Shown here: piece after piece, positions 16,201 through 30,301 of the stretch
Numbering within the stretch: the stretch's first letter is position 1
How the letters are laid out: each line of letters starts with the position of its first letter
NCBI GenBank assembly: GCA_951406725.2
Contig: OX597828.1
Location: 43,338,001-43,402,000 of the forward strand
Reading direction: 5' to 3'
Length of the DNA stretch: 64,000 nucleotides
From: Octopus vulgaris
Taxonomy: Eukaryota
The notes under the pieces: model-generated
Told to the model about the DNA's origin: nothing
The model's database searches: none
What the model saw: only the letters and a program-made list of their open reading frames with translations
Made by a program: the position numbers and the translations under genes

Positions 16201-16204
16201 ACAT

Positions 16205-16627
16205 AATAATCCTTTCTTCTATAGAGCCGAAATTTTGTGGGGAGAAGATAAGACGATTTTATCGATCTCAGTGCTTGATTGGAAGCTGTTTTATCGACCC
16301 CGAAAGGATGAAATACAAAATCGACGTTGGCGGAATTTGAACACAGATCCTAAAGGCGGACGAAATACCGTTAAGCACTTTACCCGGCGTGCCAACGATT
16401 CTGCCAGTTCACGCCTTAACCACAATAATAAGATAATAATTTCAGGAGTGAGTTAAGTCGATTACATCGACCCCAGTGTTCAACTGGTACATATTTTATC
16501 GACCCCCAAACGAAGAAAGGCGGAGTCGACCTCAATGGAATTTGATCTCACAAAGTAAAGACGGACGAATTGCCGCTAAGCGTTTTGCCCTACAGGCTAA
16601 CAATTCTACCAGTTTACCGCCTAAGCC

Positions 16628-16691
<64 letters not shown>

Positions 16692-16865
16692 GCGACATCT
16701 TTATGTCCTGCGTTCGAAATCACTAAGGTCGGATTTGCCTTTCAAACTTTTGGTTTGATAAAGAAATGCCAGTTGACCAAAAGCAAATCGGTGATCTGGC
16801 AAATCATACCAGACAAAATTTCTGCAGCATTTCGCCCATCTTTATGTTCTTAGCTTGAATTCCGC
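16205..16865. mobile_element. Cluster of diverged SINE B copies (two minus, two partial plus)
   Basis: TTTATCGACCCC and GGAATTTGAAC landmarks repeated. Confidence 0.75.
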
Positions 16866-16920
16866 TTACAAAGCAATTCTTCTCTAATAAAAAGAAAAAA
16901 AGGAAATATTTTCTATGCAA

Positions 16921-17340
16921 GGCGCAGGAGTGGCTGTGTGGTAGGTAGCTTGCTTACTAACCACATGGTTCAGGGTTCAGTCCTACTGCGTGGCATCTTG
17001 GGCAAGTGTCTTCTACTATAGCCTCGGGCCGACCAAAGCCTTGTGAGTGGATTTGGTAGACGGAAACTGAAAGAAGCCCGTCGTATATATGTATATGTAT
17101 ATATGTATGTGTGTGTGTGTGCATGTTTGTGTGTCTGTGTTTGTCCCCCTAGCATTGCTTGACAACCGATGCTGGTGTGTTTACGTCGCCGTCATTTAGC
17201 GGTTCGGCAAAAGAGACCGATAGAATAAGTACTGGGCTTACAAAGAATAAGTCCCGGGGTCGATTTGCTCAACTAAAGGCGGTGCTCCAGCATGGCCGCA
17301 GTCAATGGGCGGAAACAAGTAAAAGAAGAAAAGAAAAAGA
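16921..17340 (+). mobile_element. SINE family A
   Basis: Family match. Confidence 0.92.
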
Positions 17341-17434
17341 AGAGAAGAATATTGCCACCAAGTGAGTGGCCAGTGAAAACAAACTTTAAAATATCAAAGT
17401 GGAAGACCAAAAAAAATTTTTTTAAACGGTATTC

Positions 17435-17477
17435 ACTACTGACGAGCCAACGATGTGATGGATGAAACTAGTCTAGT
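17435..17477 (+). ncRNA. Minimal type I hammerhead ribozyme motif
   Basis: ACTA-CTGACGA-GCCA..TGGAT-GAAA-CTAG-TC-TAGT: stem I ACTA/TAGT, palindromic CTAG stem III, GUC triplet. Confidence 0.7.
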
Positions 17478-17701
17478 CTAGAGATCCTAGAGACGCTCAC
17501 GGAGCGGTTATCTTCCCTGTCAATGTATATATATATATATATTGCGCGCTTCTTGCAGTATTAAGAATTTTAAACTCTTATTTCTTTTTATGAAGATGAT
17601 ACAACAGCTCCGACTGTCATTAGTGACGGTGAAATGGTTCATTTATGGTATATCATTGCGACTTTTTGTTTATACGATTTTACACACACACACACACACA
17701 T

Positions 17702-17831
<130 letters not shown>

Positions 17832-17835
17832 GTAC

Positions 17836-17951
<116 letters not shown>

Positions 17952-17956
17952 ATGTG

Positions 17957-18248
17957 TGGAGGCGCAATGGCCTAGTGGTTAGGGCAGCGGACTCGCGGTT
18001 TCGATTCCCAGCCCGGGCGTTGTGAGTGTTTATTGAGCGAAAACACCTAAAAGCTCCATGAGGCTCCGGCAGGGGGTGGTGATCCCTGTTGTACTCTTTC
18101 ACCACTCTTTCTTCCACTCTTTCTTCTGTTGGCCTGCTCGCTTAGCCAGCGGGGTCGCGTCATTCGAAGGCTAAAACAATGCTAACGCATTGTGATCAGC
18201 GATGTGTAACAACATCTGATGGTGTGGTCAGTCACGTGATCACGTGAT
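17957..18248 (+). mobile_element. tRNA-derived SINE (third family) with (CACGTGAT)n end
   Basis: TGGCCTAGTGGTTAG box A, GTTTCGATTCCC box B; tail shared with 58405-58668. Confidence 0.75.
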
Positions 18249-18262
18249 ATATATATATATAT

Positions 18263-18770
18263 TCTTTTATTCTTTTACTTGTTCCAATCATTTGACTGAA
18301 GCCATGCTGGAGCAACACCTTTTGTCGAACAAATCGACCCCAGGACTAAATCTTTGTAAGCCTAGTACTTATTGCATCGGTACTTTTGCCGAACCGCTAA
18401 TTACGGGAACGTAAACACTCCAACACCGGTTGTCAACTGATGATGGTAGGGACAAGCACAGACACACAAATCCATACATGCATACATATATACATATGTG
18501 CATGCATATATGGGTACACGATGCCATCAACGGTGCAAATAACATACACCCGAAAGACAGATACAAGACGTGAACAGTAATTACAGGATAAAAACGAGTG
18601 AAATACGTAAACATCGAGAAAGAAATGAAACAGAGGACAAGCTAAGACAGAAAAAGGACCCTTCATCCGTTGTCGGCTATCTACTCCTCTTAGTTTCCGT
18701 CTACCAAATCCACTCACAAGGCTTTGGTCGGCCCGTGGCTATAGTGGAAGACGTTTGCCCAAGGTTCCAA
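18263..18770 (-). mobile_element. Diverged SINE family A with about 180 bp inserted at its internal microsatellite
   Basis: Family A landmarks on both sides of unrelated sequence at 18510-18690. Confidence 0.8.
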
Positions 18771-18939
18771 GCTTCTTACAACGATATATACATACATATA
18801 CACCGGATTAAATTTATATATTACATTTGCGTATATAATGTGATCACTACTCAACTAGACTCCCGAATTTTGCTATGCAACACTAGCCACAATGCTGACC
18901 ATACAAGCAGAGCAGCATTGCCCTGACTGGAAAGATTTA

Positions 18940-19052
18940 CCCGTATACAGCCGAGTGGATTGGGGCAATATGAAATGAAATGTTTTACTAAAAGAAGACA
19001 CGCATCTCGGTCTCGGAATCGATCCTACAATCTAGCGAACGTGAGTACAGTA
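18940..19052 (-). mobile_element. Degraded head of SINE family C
   Basis: Similar to heads at 37475-37595 and 45085-45217. Confidence 0.55.
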
Positions 19053-19469
19053 CCCTCACCACTAGTCCACGGTGAAATTATCCTGGTGTTATGAATCATA
19101 TACTCTCGTTTCAAGTTCAGAATAACTTGTGTAGGACGATTATATAAACGTTTCCTTATATCGTAAGAGCAGTTGGTAGATAGCAATAACAACACGAAAA
19201 TGTTTTAACATTTTTCTGTGCCCAGGTCAACTCATGCACTAAAAATGCGGATGAAACAATAGCATTTGACATCGGTTAGTGAGCCAAATGTCAGTACAAA
19301 CAAGTAGTAGTAGTAGTAGCAGTGGTGGTGGTGGTGGTGGTGGTTGTAGTAGTAGAAGTAGTAAGTTAAACAGAAAACGTAATGATATCGAAAATGTCTT
19401 TTAATTTTTTGTGTTACATGAGAGTGCAATATGATGTATATCGAAAGGAATGTAAATACATACATACAT

Positions 19470-19542
<73 letters not shown>

Positions 19543-20039
19543 CATATATATATATATATATGTATGTATATATATATATGTATATATGTATGTATATATG
19601 TGTATATAACTTATATATTTATTTGTATATGTGTGTATGATCATATATACATACATGCATATATAAATATACGTATATTTTAACATTCCAATTATATATA
19701 CATATATAAGTACATAAAACAACCCGCCTCCGCACATATATACATGACTTATGTATGCCTGCATGTATGTATGTATGTATGTATGTATGTATGTATGTAT
19801 GTATGTATGTATGTATGTTTGTAACTGTAAATCTTTTTGTCTGAATCGTAGCACATTACTGGTGGCGCTTCTGTGTTTCTAGAGTTTATCTCGAACTGGC
19901 AGTCTGCTCGATAGCATTGTCTGGCCTCTTATCCATTAAAGAAGAAATCCGGGATGCTTAGGTGTTAGCCAGCAGTTTCGATCCCATTTACGAAAGAATA
20001 AATCATGTTTTGAGCATTCTTTTTCCCGTCTGCAGAGAC

Positions 20040-20830
20040 AGCTATTTACAGACCCCCAAAACGCACTGCCATCTTCGTTCATTCCTGAGTGTCTACTTCC
20101 GCCGTGATCGACTTTGCTTTTAATCCTTTCGAGATCGATAAATTAAGTACCAATTGCATACTGGTGTCGATCCAATTGACTGGCCCCCTCCCCCCAAATT
20201 TCGCGCCTTGTTCCTAGAGTAGGAAATAATATTACGGTCTATCTTATTCCGCCGAGGTCGACTTTGCCTTTCATCCTTTCGGAGTCGATTGAATAAGTAC
20301 CAGTTACGCAGTGGGGTCGATATAATCGACTTAATCCGTTTGTTTGTCATTGTTTGTTCTTTCTGTGTTTAGCCCCTTGTGGGTAGTAAAGAGATAGGTC
20401 TATTGAGACTGGAAAAATCTTTAGCACCCCATGCAAAATACTTAGTAGAATTACATCTGTCTGTATGTTCTGAGCTCAAATTCAACCAAGCTTGACTTTG
20501 CCTTTCATCCATTTCCGGAAAAAATAAGAACCAATTGAATACTGGCGTTGATCTAATCGGCTTAACCCTCCCCCCAATTGCTGGCCTTATGCAAAAAAAA
20601 AAAAAAAATATTAGTGAGAGCGGCGAGATGGCAGAATCGTTACTGCACCGGATAAAATGCTTAGCGGCATTTCGCCCGTCTTTACGTTCTGGATTTAAAT
20701 TCCGCTAAGGCTGGCGTTGCCTTTCATTATTTCAGGGTTGATAATAAATTAAGTATCAAGTGAGTACTGGAGACGATTTAATCATCTTCCCAACTACCCT
20801 ACATTACTAGCTTTGTGCCAAAATTTGAAA
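20040..20830 (+). mobile_element. Four head-to-tail SINE B copies (B2, B1, B2, B2)
   Basis: GACTTTGCCTTTCATCC-like domain occurs four times. Confidence 0.8.
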
Positions 20831-21029
20831 TGATATTTACTCTCTACTATGAAACGTCAACGCTTTTCGTCGTACTTCGTAAATGTTCAAGTGATCACTC
20901 ATGCAAACTCACTGCATCTATACCATTGACTGTTGCTTTCATTGTACCTATTCGCCCTATGTTTCATTTTGGACATTTTTCAGCATCAGAAGCTGAAGAT
21001 GATTTCTTTTAAGGGGCACAGCTTCAAGA

Positions 21030-21715
21030 AGTAATGCGCTTCAGCCAATCCCCAACTTCTTGATGTCTTAAAGCAGACACCGAGCAATTTCACCATTCTC
21101 TCTGTCCATTGACCAAATATGATGCACGTTGTCATAGATTTACGTCTCCAGGTCCCGAGCCGCAAGCCTACCAACTGGGTCGGATTTATCTTTGCTCCTG
21201 TTGTTGCCTCAAATTCCTTTAGAATATGAGCAGCCTTCGTGTTTTCTGTTGAAGAAACGGCCAACGGCCATTCTTGCCGCTTGCACATTTTGCGATGGTA
21301 TTTCTAATTGCCACTTCTAGTTTACGAACTAGATCATCATCTAATCTATTGCTCTCTGCCACTAGCTCTTTACTAAATTCTACTCATTCATATTTAATTG
21401 CTCTCTTCAGAGTTCTTCACCACTTGTTGCTGACATTTTCCTCTAGTCAAACACCGCTTGACTACCTTGCTAACCCAATTTTGTAGCCTTTTCGCATCTT
21501 TGTAGTTTATTCAATTTCCTGTTGTAGGGTCTATGTGTATGAATCCTATATGAATCCTATCTCGAACAACTGTGCAGATCACAAACTTGTGATCTGTGTT
21601 GATGAACAGTTTGAATTTCAGACACCTTAAAGTATCCCAGTCAGCTAACTTAACGAATACTCTAAGTAAGATCTGGAAGACCCATCTAGTTTGCTCCAAG
21701 TTCACATTGTCAAAT
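21030..21715 (-). mobile_element. Decayed, internally deleted L1/Tx1-like LINE fragment
   Basis: RVFVK...TDHKFV (APE end), WWRTLKRAIK linker, then FEATTGAKIN...GLRLGTW...VKLLGVCF (post-RT region). Confidence 0.65.
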
Positions 21716-22170
21716 TCAGAAGATTCAGTTTGTATGGTGGTTTACGATAAAGATGACAGTAACTAAAACTAAATCATACAGTGTTCCTGATACGGGAAAA
21801 ACTAGGTCCCCTGAAGAAACAGCACTGACCCAAGATTATCCTCAAGCCTAAAAGCACAAGCCCTTGTCCAGCTGCTTAGAGCAGGTCCATTCAAACAGTC
21901 ACACAAATTTCCTGGGAGGTGAATTTGTGTGACAGATTGGTGGTTCTCCAGCTTCACTTTCCTTTCCAATTGGTACTTAAAAAGTCCATGACGGCTTCAC
22001 TGGAGAGTAAAGTGTCCACCACACACTCTCTTTCGTTATAGCTACAAGAAAGAGAAAAATCGCTTACATAGCCGTGTTAATGGTGAGCGGTGGGGTTAAT
22101 CTGACGATGTAATTGGCCGATAATCGGATTCTTCCTACGTGTGACAAAAGTTGTTCGACACAAATCCACA

Positions 22171-22485
22171 GGCGCAGGAGTGGCTGTGTGGTAAGTAGCT
22201 TGCTTACCAACCTTGTGAGTGGATTTGGTAGACGGAAACTGAAAGAAGCCCGTCGTATATATATATATATATATATATATATACGACGAGATTCTTAAAT
22301 ATATATATATGTATGTGTGTATGTTTGTGTGTCTATGTTTGTCCCCCCAATATCGCTTGACAACCGATGGTGGTGTGTTTACGTCCCCGTAACATAGCGG
22401 TTCGGCAAAAGGGACCGATAGAATAATTACTAGGCTTATAAAGAATAAGTCCTGGGGTCGATTTGCTCGACTAAAGGCGGTGCTC
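22171..22485 (+). mobile_element. SINE family A, internally deleted
   Basis: Family match. Confidence 0.88.
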
Positions 22486-22877
22486 TATCATTCCCGGGCC
22501 AGTTATTTCTGGAAGTTAGCCATAGTAGTTCTCAGCCCGAAAGTCCTTCGGATTAGACGAAATTTTTCATCATCACCAACGCCAAGTTTTCCCCTAGAAT
22601 ATCACTGCTCTTATCTGTAATTAGATTTCTATATTTTGCTAATGTAGAACTTTCATCGACCTCATTGCCCAGTTGGTAATGGGTGGCGAACATTTGACGG
22701 CATTTTCAGTTGCCAGGTGCGAAATTTTGGCTTTTAGCCATAGGCAGAAATTTTTGACAAAATGGCTAGTCTATTGCACCGACCCAAGCGCTCAACTAGT
22801 ACTTATTGCATCGACTTCCAAAGGACGAAATGGAGTGTTGACACCAGTGAAATTTGAACTCAGAACATAAGAGCAAT

Positions 22878-23277
22878 AAATGGAAAAGAGGATGTACGGG
22901 CAATGTTACAGAGATACAGAAACCGAAATTTATTTGGAGAGGAGGTGGCTAGGGATGCGGAAAAGTGATATTAAACCAGAAAAAGAAGCTTCAAATTGTG
23001 GAGCAATGGAGCAAATCCTGAGGATAAAATATGTCAAGCTCGAGATTAACGACTCAGGTACAACAGAAAAGTACAGCATGTGGGGAGAAAGGGGAGAAAA
23101 TGTGGTATATCACCAGCCAGTGCACAAAGATCACACAATGAGAATAAAAGCCAGATCATGATAACGAAGTGATAATCGCTCATTAGGTGCTATGGGGGTC
23201 ATAGTTAGTGGTATAATCACTAACCCAGTGAGAGTCGCTGAAAATAACACAAAAAGATTCTATGGGAGTTTGTGGTA
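22878..23277 (+). mobile_element. Decayed R4/Dong-type fragment (pre-zinc-knuckle to RLE start)
   Basis: KRMYGQ..R...W..KSDIKPEKEA...AMEQILR.KYVK..I...EKYSMWGE resembles K.MHGQ...LK.ETE..I.AAQEQALRT...KCRMCG. Confidence 0.7.
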
Positions 23278-23309
23278 CTTACCACACAGCCACTCCTGCG
23301 CCTGCAAAA

Positions 23310-23591
23310 TGGATGAAAGGCAAAGTCAACCTCGGCGGAATTTGAACACAGAAAGTAAAGACATACAAAATACCTATTTCTTAACTACTCGCAAGGGGCT
23401 AAACACAGATAGAACAAACATGGACAGACAAACGGATTAAGTCGATTATATCAACCCCAGTGCGTAACTGGTTCTTAATTTATCGACCCCGAAAGGGTGA
23501 AAGCTTTCGAAAGGATGAAGGCGTTCTAAAGTTCCTGCCGGCTCGCTAAGCATTTCACTCGGAGTGCTAAAGTTTCTGCTAGCTCGCCGCC
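23310..23591 (-). mobile_element. SINE B1 fragment nested in the head of another SINE B
   Basis: Host breaks at AAATACC (23372) and resumes at GCTAAGCATTTC (23545). Confidence 0.75.
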
Positions 23592-24249
23592 TTTATTTAT
23601 GTATAATATATACATATGTATATGTTTATGTATAATATATACATATACATATGCATAAATATATATATACATATATATATGCATGTATATATATATATAT
23701 ATGTATATATATCCATATATATATATACATACATACATATATATATATATATATTTATTTATTTATTTTTATTTATTATTTATATTTATTTATTTATTTT
23801 TATTTATATTTATTTATATTTATTTATTTTTATTTATATTTATTTTTATTTATTTGTTTATTTTTATTTATATTTATTTTTATTTATATTTATTTATATT
23901 TATTTATATTTCTTTATATTTCTTTATATTCTTTATACCCCCTTTACATCTCCTTATATCTCTTTATATCTTTATGCTCTACATTTTTATATTTTTCTAT
24001 ACTTACACTTTTTATACATTTTTTATCCCTCGTCCTGAATTCTCGCCCCTCCATCTTCACGTCTATATATGTATTTATTTATTTACATTACTTCAACATC
24101 CAATTTTCCTCATTCTACATTGAGAGAAGAATGAGATGGACGCTTCAATTCTATGCTGCTGCCGCATTATGTCGTACGCGAATGAGAGGATTTGCATCCC
24201 CAACCAAGAATTTTTGATGTAACACATGTCCTTGTGGAAGCTGTTGTGC

Positions 24250-24327
24250 GCGGCTGAAGAAGGCCACAGACATACATTATGCATTGTTATAAATCTGTCT
24301 AATAAAGGCCCGAAACATATGTACCGC
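24250..24327 (+). ncRNA. Type I hammerhead ribozyme motif with extended stem II
   Basis: GCGG-CTGAAGA-AGGCC..GGCCC-GAAA-CATATG-TA-CCGC: intact core, stem I GCGG/CCGC, palindromic CATATG, GUA triplet. Confidence 0.8.
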
Positions 24328-24383
24328 TGAATCCTTCGCATCATGTTTTTATTTTATTTTGATCAATATATATATATATATAT

Positions 24384-24415
<32 letters not shown>

Positions 24416-24421
24416 TTAGAT

Positions 24422-24477
<56 letters not shown>

Positions 24478-24521
24478 GCATAGATACATAGAGGGATAGA
24501 TATAGATATACATATCGACTT

Positions 24522-24572
<51 letters not shown>

Positions 24573-24671
24573 TATATATATGAATATATCTATGTATATC
24601 CATGCGCATATATATGTATTTATACATATGCGTGTGTGTGTATTTGCATGTGTTTGCATACATGTGTGTGA

Positions 24672-24752
<81 letters not shown>

Positions 24753-25179
24753 CGTGTCTACGTACGGATAGAAGTCTATTAAGGTCTCATGTTTGAGATA
24801 GAACTGTTGTTTCGATAAAGAAAAAGAGAAGAAAATGCTGTCAGGCTCTTCGGATACACTGTTAATTACAGCCCATATTTGATAGTTATCTTCACTGTCG
24901 GCTGATACCCTGACCTCACCATCTACGGGTGGTGTTGATGGTACACAGTGGGTAGATTTACATAATCTGGGAAGAATGTTTACATTATGGGGCGTAATGT
25001 GGCTCCTACAATTCCATTTGGATAACCTTAGCTTGCCAGAAATCTTCTGAGTAATACAAAATATATGAGGTAAGGAGGGCAGAAATGATTGTATATCTCG
25101 CACTCTCTCTCTCTCTCTTTCTCTCCATATATATCTTCCTCATTCCTCACACAGACACACAGACACACATATATATATA

Positions 25180-25345
<166 letters not shown>

Positions 25346-25411
25346 AATGGCGGTGAACATTAACTTCATATCTATAAACATATATTTATATTACACACAC
25401 ATGAACACACA

Positions 25412-25447
<36 letters not shown>

Positions 25448-25517
25448 AATATAAAATACAGTCCTGTATCAGTTCTATATATATATATATATATATATGT
25501 AAATAATAATAATAATG

Positions 25518-25594
<77 letters not shown>

Positions 25595-25611
25595 TAATAA
25601 TAACAATAATA

Positions 25612-26168
25612 AATGCCCTGATGCAGTACCAGGCAGTGGCTCTCCTGGCTTCTGATCTTAACTGATTGGAAGTGTTATCATGTACATTGTTTTGCCTTGG
25701 TATAAAAGATGGGCTACAACAAATATTCTGCTCAATACCACAGATTTGTTTGTCAGTTGTTTGACCTTAACCAGTTGAGCATGTCCCTTAGTGGCTGACG
25801 ATATGTGCATCTCTGATCACGAGCAGAAGTAGTGGGGGAGCATCATAGCCATGTGTTGAGAAGGATTCTTTGGGGTTTGAATAATTCATCTCTGGAAACA
25901 TGGGTGGTTCTTTCAACATCCTTAAACGACCCTTATTCAGGGACCGTTTGAGCGTGATGGGCTACTCAACCTGAAGAAAATTCTAACTGGGCCCCACCTG
26001 CAAGGTCATGCGCTGTTTATCTTGATATGAGATCACAATGTCGCGCACATATGGTTGTGATGCATGTGCCTGGTGTACCCTTATCAGACGGGTAGTCATG
26101 ATGGGTATATTGGGCTTCGTATATTGTACCCCAGTGTCACTTTGATGGCATGAACTGCTCTCTCACTC
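25612..26168 (+). mobile_element. Unclassified 560-bp non-coding dispersed element in (TAA)n
   Basis: Sharp boundaries with (TAA)n on both sides; partial inverted copy at 44340-44580; strand assumed. Confidence 0.7.
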
Positions 26169-26236
<68 letters not shown>

Positions 26237-26337
26237 GCTTATAAGCGATCATCGTGTATTGGCTAAAGAAAATAGTATAATATTGAGGATTATAATCCCT
26301 CGTGAGAAAAAGCTGTGTTTTTTTGTACAAACACACA

Positions 26338-26433
<96 letters not shown>

Positions 26434-26668
26434 AAGAAAAGAATCTGAATATGGAGGAATCTTTTTAAAATATTTATTATCTTTACCGGTTTTACTTATC
26501 TAAAAAGAGTTTCAAATGTAAATTACGGGGCTTTTTTTAACCCTCTGTTGTGTCAAAGGTTAGTTTGTATAAACGTATTCAAATCAAGTGAGAGAGTCTT
26601 TGCCAATGATAAGAAAATGTTCGCAGCTTTGTGAATCCTATGTAAACTATCAAAAGATAGTTTACATA

Positions 26669-27124
26669 GGCGAAGAAGTGGCTGTGTGGTAGGTAGCTTG
26701 CTTACCAACCACATAGTTCCGGGTTCAGTCCCACTGTATGGTACCTTGTGCAAGTGACTTCCACTATAGCCTCGGGCCAACCAATGCCTTGTGAGTGGAT
26801 TTGGTAGACGGAAACTGAAAGAAACCTGTCGTATATATATATATATATATATATATCTGTGTGTGTGTGTGCATGTGTTTGTGTGTCTGTGTTTGTCCCC
26901 CCCCAACATCGATTGACAACCGATGCTGGTGTGTTTACATCCACGTAACTTAGCGGTTCTGCAAAAATGAAACTGATATAATAATTACTAGGCTTACAGA
27001 GAATAAGTCCTGGGGTCGATTTGCTCGACATGATGTTGAAATTCCAATGAAGAAGCCTCGGATCTAGGTCAGAAAGCGGCCCTTTCTATATTTGCAAGAA
27101 ATATTGAAATAAAACTGAATAGGG

Positions 27125-27172
<48 letters not shown>

Positions 27173-27595
27173 GCTGTGTAGTAAGTAGCTTGCTTACCAA
27201 TCATGTAGTTCTGGGTTCAGTCCCACTGCGTGATATCTTGGACAAATATCTTCTGCTATGACCTCGGGCTAACCAAAGCTTTGTGAGTGGAGTTAATTGA
27301 CGGAAACTGAAAGAAGCCCGTCGTATATATATATATATATGCGTGTGTGAGTGTATGTGTGTGTATGCGCGTGTGTGTGTATGTGTGTGCTTGTCCCCCC
27401 CCCCACCCAAATCACTTAACAACCGATGCTGGTGTGTTTACATACGCGAAATCTAGCAGTTCGGCAAAAGGGGTCGATAGAATAAGTACTAGTCTCATAA
27501 AGAATAAGTCTTGCTGTCAATTTGCTCGACTAAAAGCGGTGCTGTAGCATGGCCGCAGTCAAATGTCTGAAACAAATAAACGAACAAAAGAATAG
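26669..27595 (+). mobile_element. Two consecutive SINE family A copies (26669-27029, 27171-27595)
   Basis: Family match. Confidence 0.88.
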
Positions 27596-27597
27596 AA

Positions 27598-27636
<39 letters not shown>

Positions 27637-27647
27637 AATACATACAT

Positions 27648-27697
<50 letters not shown>

Positions 27698-27698
27698 G

Positions 27699-27789
<91 letters not shown>

Positions 27790-27821
27790 CAATTATTAGC
27801 GGATGGAATAAAGAAAATCCA

Positions 27822-27902
27822 GGCTACATAAGTTTCATACCTATCGGAAACTCGGAGGTCTATATTATCCAAAAGGTTAGACAGCAAGCTACTCTTCAGA
27901 CC
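27822..27902 (-). ncRNA. Degenerate hammerhead ribozyme motif
   Basis: Minus strand GGT-CTGAAGA-GTAGCT..AGGTAT-GAAA-CTTATG-TA-GCC. Confidence 0.55.
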
Positions 27903-28296
27903 AAGGATAGCTTAATTACACGAAGTTTACGTTGTAGTTACGAGATCCCGTGCTACCTCACAGGGAGTTCGATCGAAATGCATAGGGGAAAAAATATTAT
28001 CGAAAATGTATCCTTCACCTGAAGAATAACTTTCGGTCTACACCTCGTCTGGATAATTACTACATCCGGTGTTCCACTATGAAACATATGTAACGTAGAT
28101 ACTATCTACTGAATTCCTTAATTTTGGTTGTTCATTCGCATATACAGTAAACCTATATGAAATAACCCTTTTTCGGCTTCTCGTTATTCGATGCAGCAAA
28201 AATTGATAACCTTCTGCAGCGATAATCCACCATTGCTCCTGAACATTTGTTACTTTTTATATCTACTACGGACTGCTTGAAGCTCGCTAATACCTA

Positions 28297-28526
28297 TTTC
28301 TTTATTACCCACAAGGGGCTAAACATAGAGGGGACAAACAAGGACAGACATAGGTATTAAGTCGATTACATCGACCACAGTGTGTAACTGGTACTTAATT
28401 TATCGACCCCGAAAGTATGAAAGGTAAAGTCGACCTCGGCGGAATTTGAACTCACAACGTAACGGCAGACGAAATACCGCTAAGCATCTCGCCCGACGTG
28501 CTAACGTTTCTGCCAGCTCTCCGCCT
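28297..28526 (-). mobile_element. SINE B1 with 10-bp target-site duplication
   Basis: CTAATACCTA at 28287-28296 and 28529-28538. Confidence 0.92.
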
Positions 28527-28750
28527 CACTAATACCTACACCCCGATTCTTGGATCTTAACTTTAACACACACACATACACACACATACATGCATATACA
28601 CACATCGTTTAAATTCGTTTAGGTAACGTTAGGGGTATACAAATAAAGCTCCTATTTCATTGTGCCAGTTAGCGTTTAATGATACTGACTTACGAGACAT
28701 ATTTTCAGGGCTGCATCAGGGTTATAACCGTTATAATTTGGGGGTAATTA

Positions 28751-29064
28751 TAATAATACCAGGATGGAATTTTAAATATTTAATACGTTGCTACGTACGT
28801 TTCCACAGATCAGAAGATCTTTAACATCAGAGTCGGTATCCTTGGGATTATTATAGTATAGTCTGTATTATTCGTGGGCAATAACATTGATCCATTTCAT
28901 CAGGCGATACTGTACAATACGGATAATACGGACTATAATACAGATAGTACTGACTATACTGTACTAATCCCGATGATACCGACTCTGATGTCAAAATCAT
29001 CTGATCTGTGGAAACGTACGTAGCGATGTATTAGATGTTTATAAATTCCTTCTCGGTATTATTA
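28751..29064. mobile_element. Foldback/MITE-like element with about 110-bp inverted arms
   Basis: GCTACGTACGTTTCCACAGATCAGA and ACATCAGAGTCGGTATC have exact reverse complements in the right arm. Confidence 0.8.
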
Positions 29065-29449
29065 TTATTATTATTCTTATTGGTATTCCTTGAAGAAATT
29101 TGTCCGGATTATGTTTGAAGGTGCTGGGATCAGTTTCCTCCTTGATTTATATGTATGCATAATTCTTTATAGAAAGCAAATTCTAGGAATAAAGTCACTC
29201 GCCAAAGATCAAGATATATTCCTCGTAGAGAATCAATGCATTGTGATACTAAATAAGTTTACATTCGAGCTGCCCTTAACATCGCATATCAAAACATAGA
29301 CACGGAATTAAGTTTAATATTCCCAGAGGTATAAAATATAATTCTGTATACAAGTTCTGATAATGCAAAGCAACAGAAATCGAAGCTGAAATAGAAAAGT
29401 GACTGCATACATTACATATATGTGAATGTATACACACACATATTTATGC

Positions 29450-29531
<82 letters not shown>

Positions 29532-29604
29532 ATGTATATATATTTGTATGTAAGTATATATATGTAAATATGTATCTATATATAAATATATATATATATG
29601 CATG

Positions 29605-29657
<53 letters not shown>

Positions 29658-29932
29658 GTATATATTACGTGTATTTATAAAGGCATTTACGTGCGTGGGT
29701 TTGTGTAACCATCAATATAAATATAACCTACCTTCCCATGTATATGTGAAGGTTTAGTTGTAAGACTCGCGCTAATAATATATCTTGCAGTGTTTTTCCG
29801 TTTCTTACAGTTGGATTCTAATTGAATCAATCAGTTCAATGAAAATCTGTGGAGAAATAAAATGAAATTAAGCGATTGATTTGAATCCGTTTACTCCGAT
29901 TATAATATTAATAGTAATAATAATAATAAATA

Positions 29933-30008
<76 letters not shown>

Positions 30009-30034
30009 AACGTTTTTATAAAATTTGATTAAAC

Positions 30035-30111
<77 letters not shown>

Positions 30112-30254
30112 AAGATAGACAGAGAGATAGATATACCCATGTATATATAAATAAACATGTGTATATATGTATATAGATAGATAAATACATACATACAAAG
30201 ATATATTTATATGTATGTATATCTATCTATATCTTTCTCTCTCTCACTCCCTAC

Positions 30255-30301
<47 letters not shown>

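Noticed and set aside
17957-18015. Possible tRNA gene
   Set aside because: Anticodon region deleted, no acceptor stem closure, continues into a SINE body
24871-25068. Exon-like segment with TTACAG acceptor and GAG|GTAAGG donor
   Set aside because: Stops in all three plus frames; a non-coding exon cannot be supported without RNA data
28868-28906. CTGATGA motif in the foldback spacer (minus)
   Set aside because: GAAT instead of GAAA and no stem I
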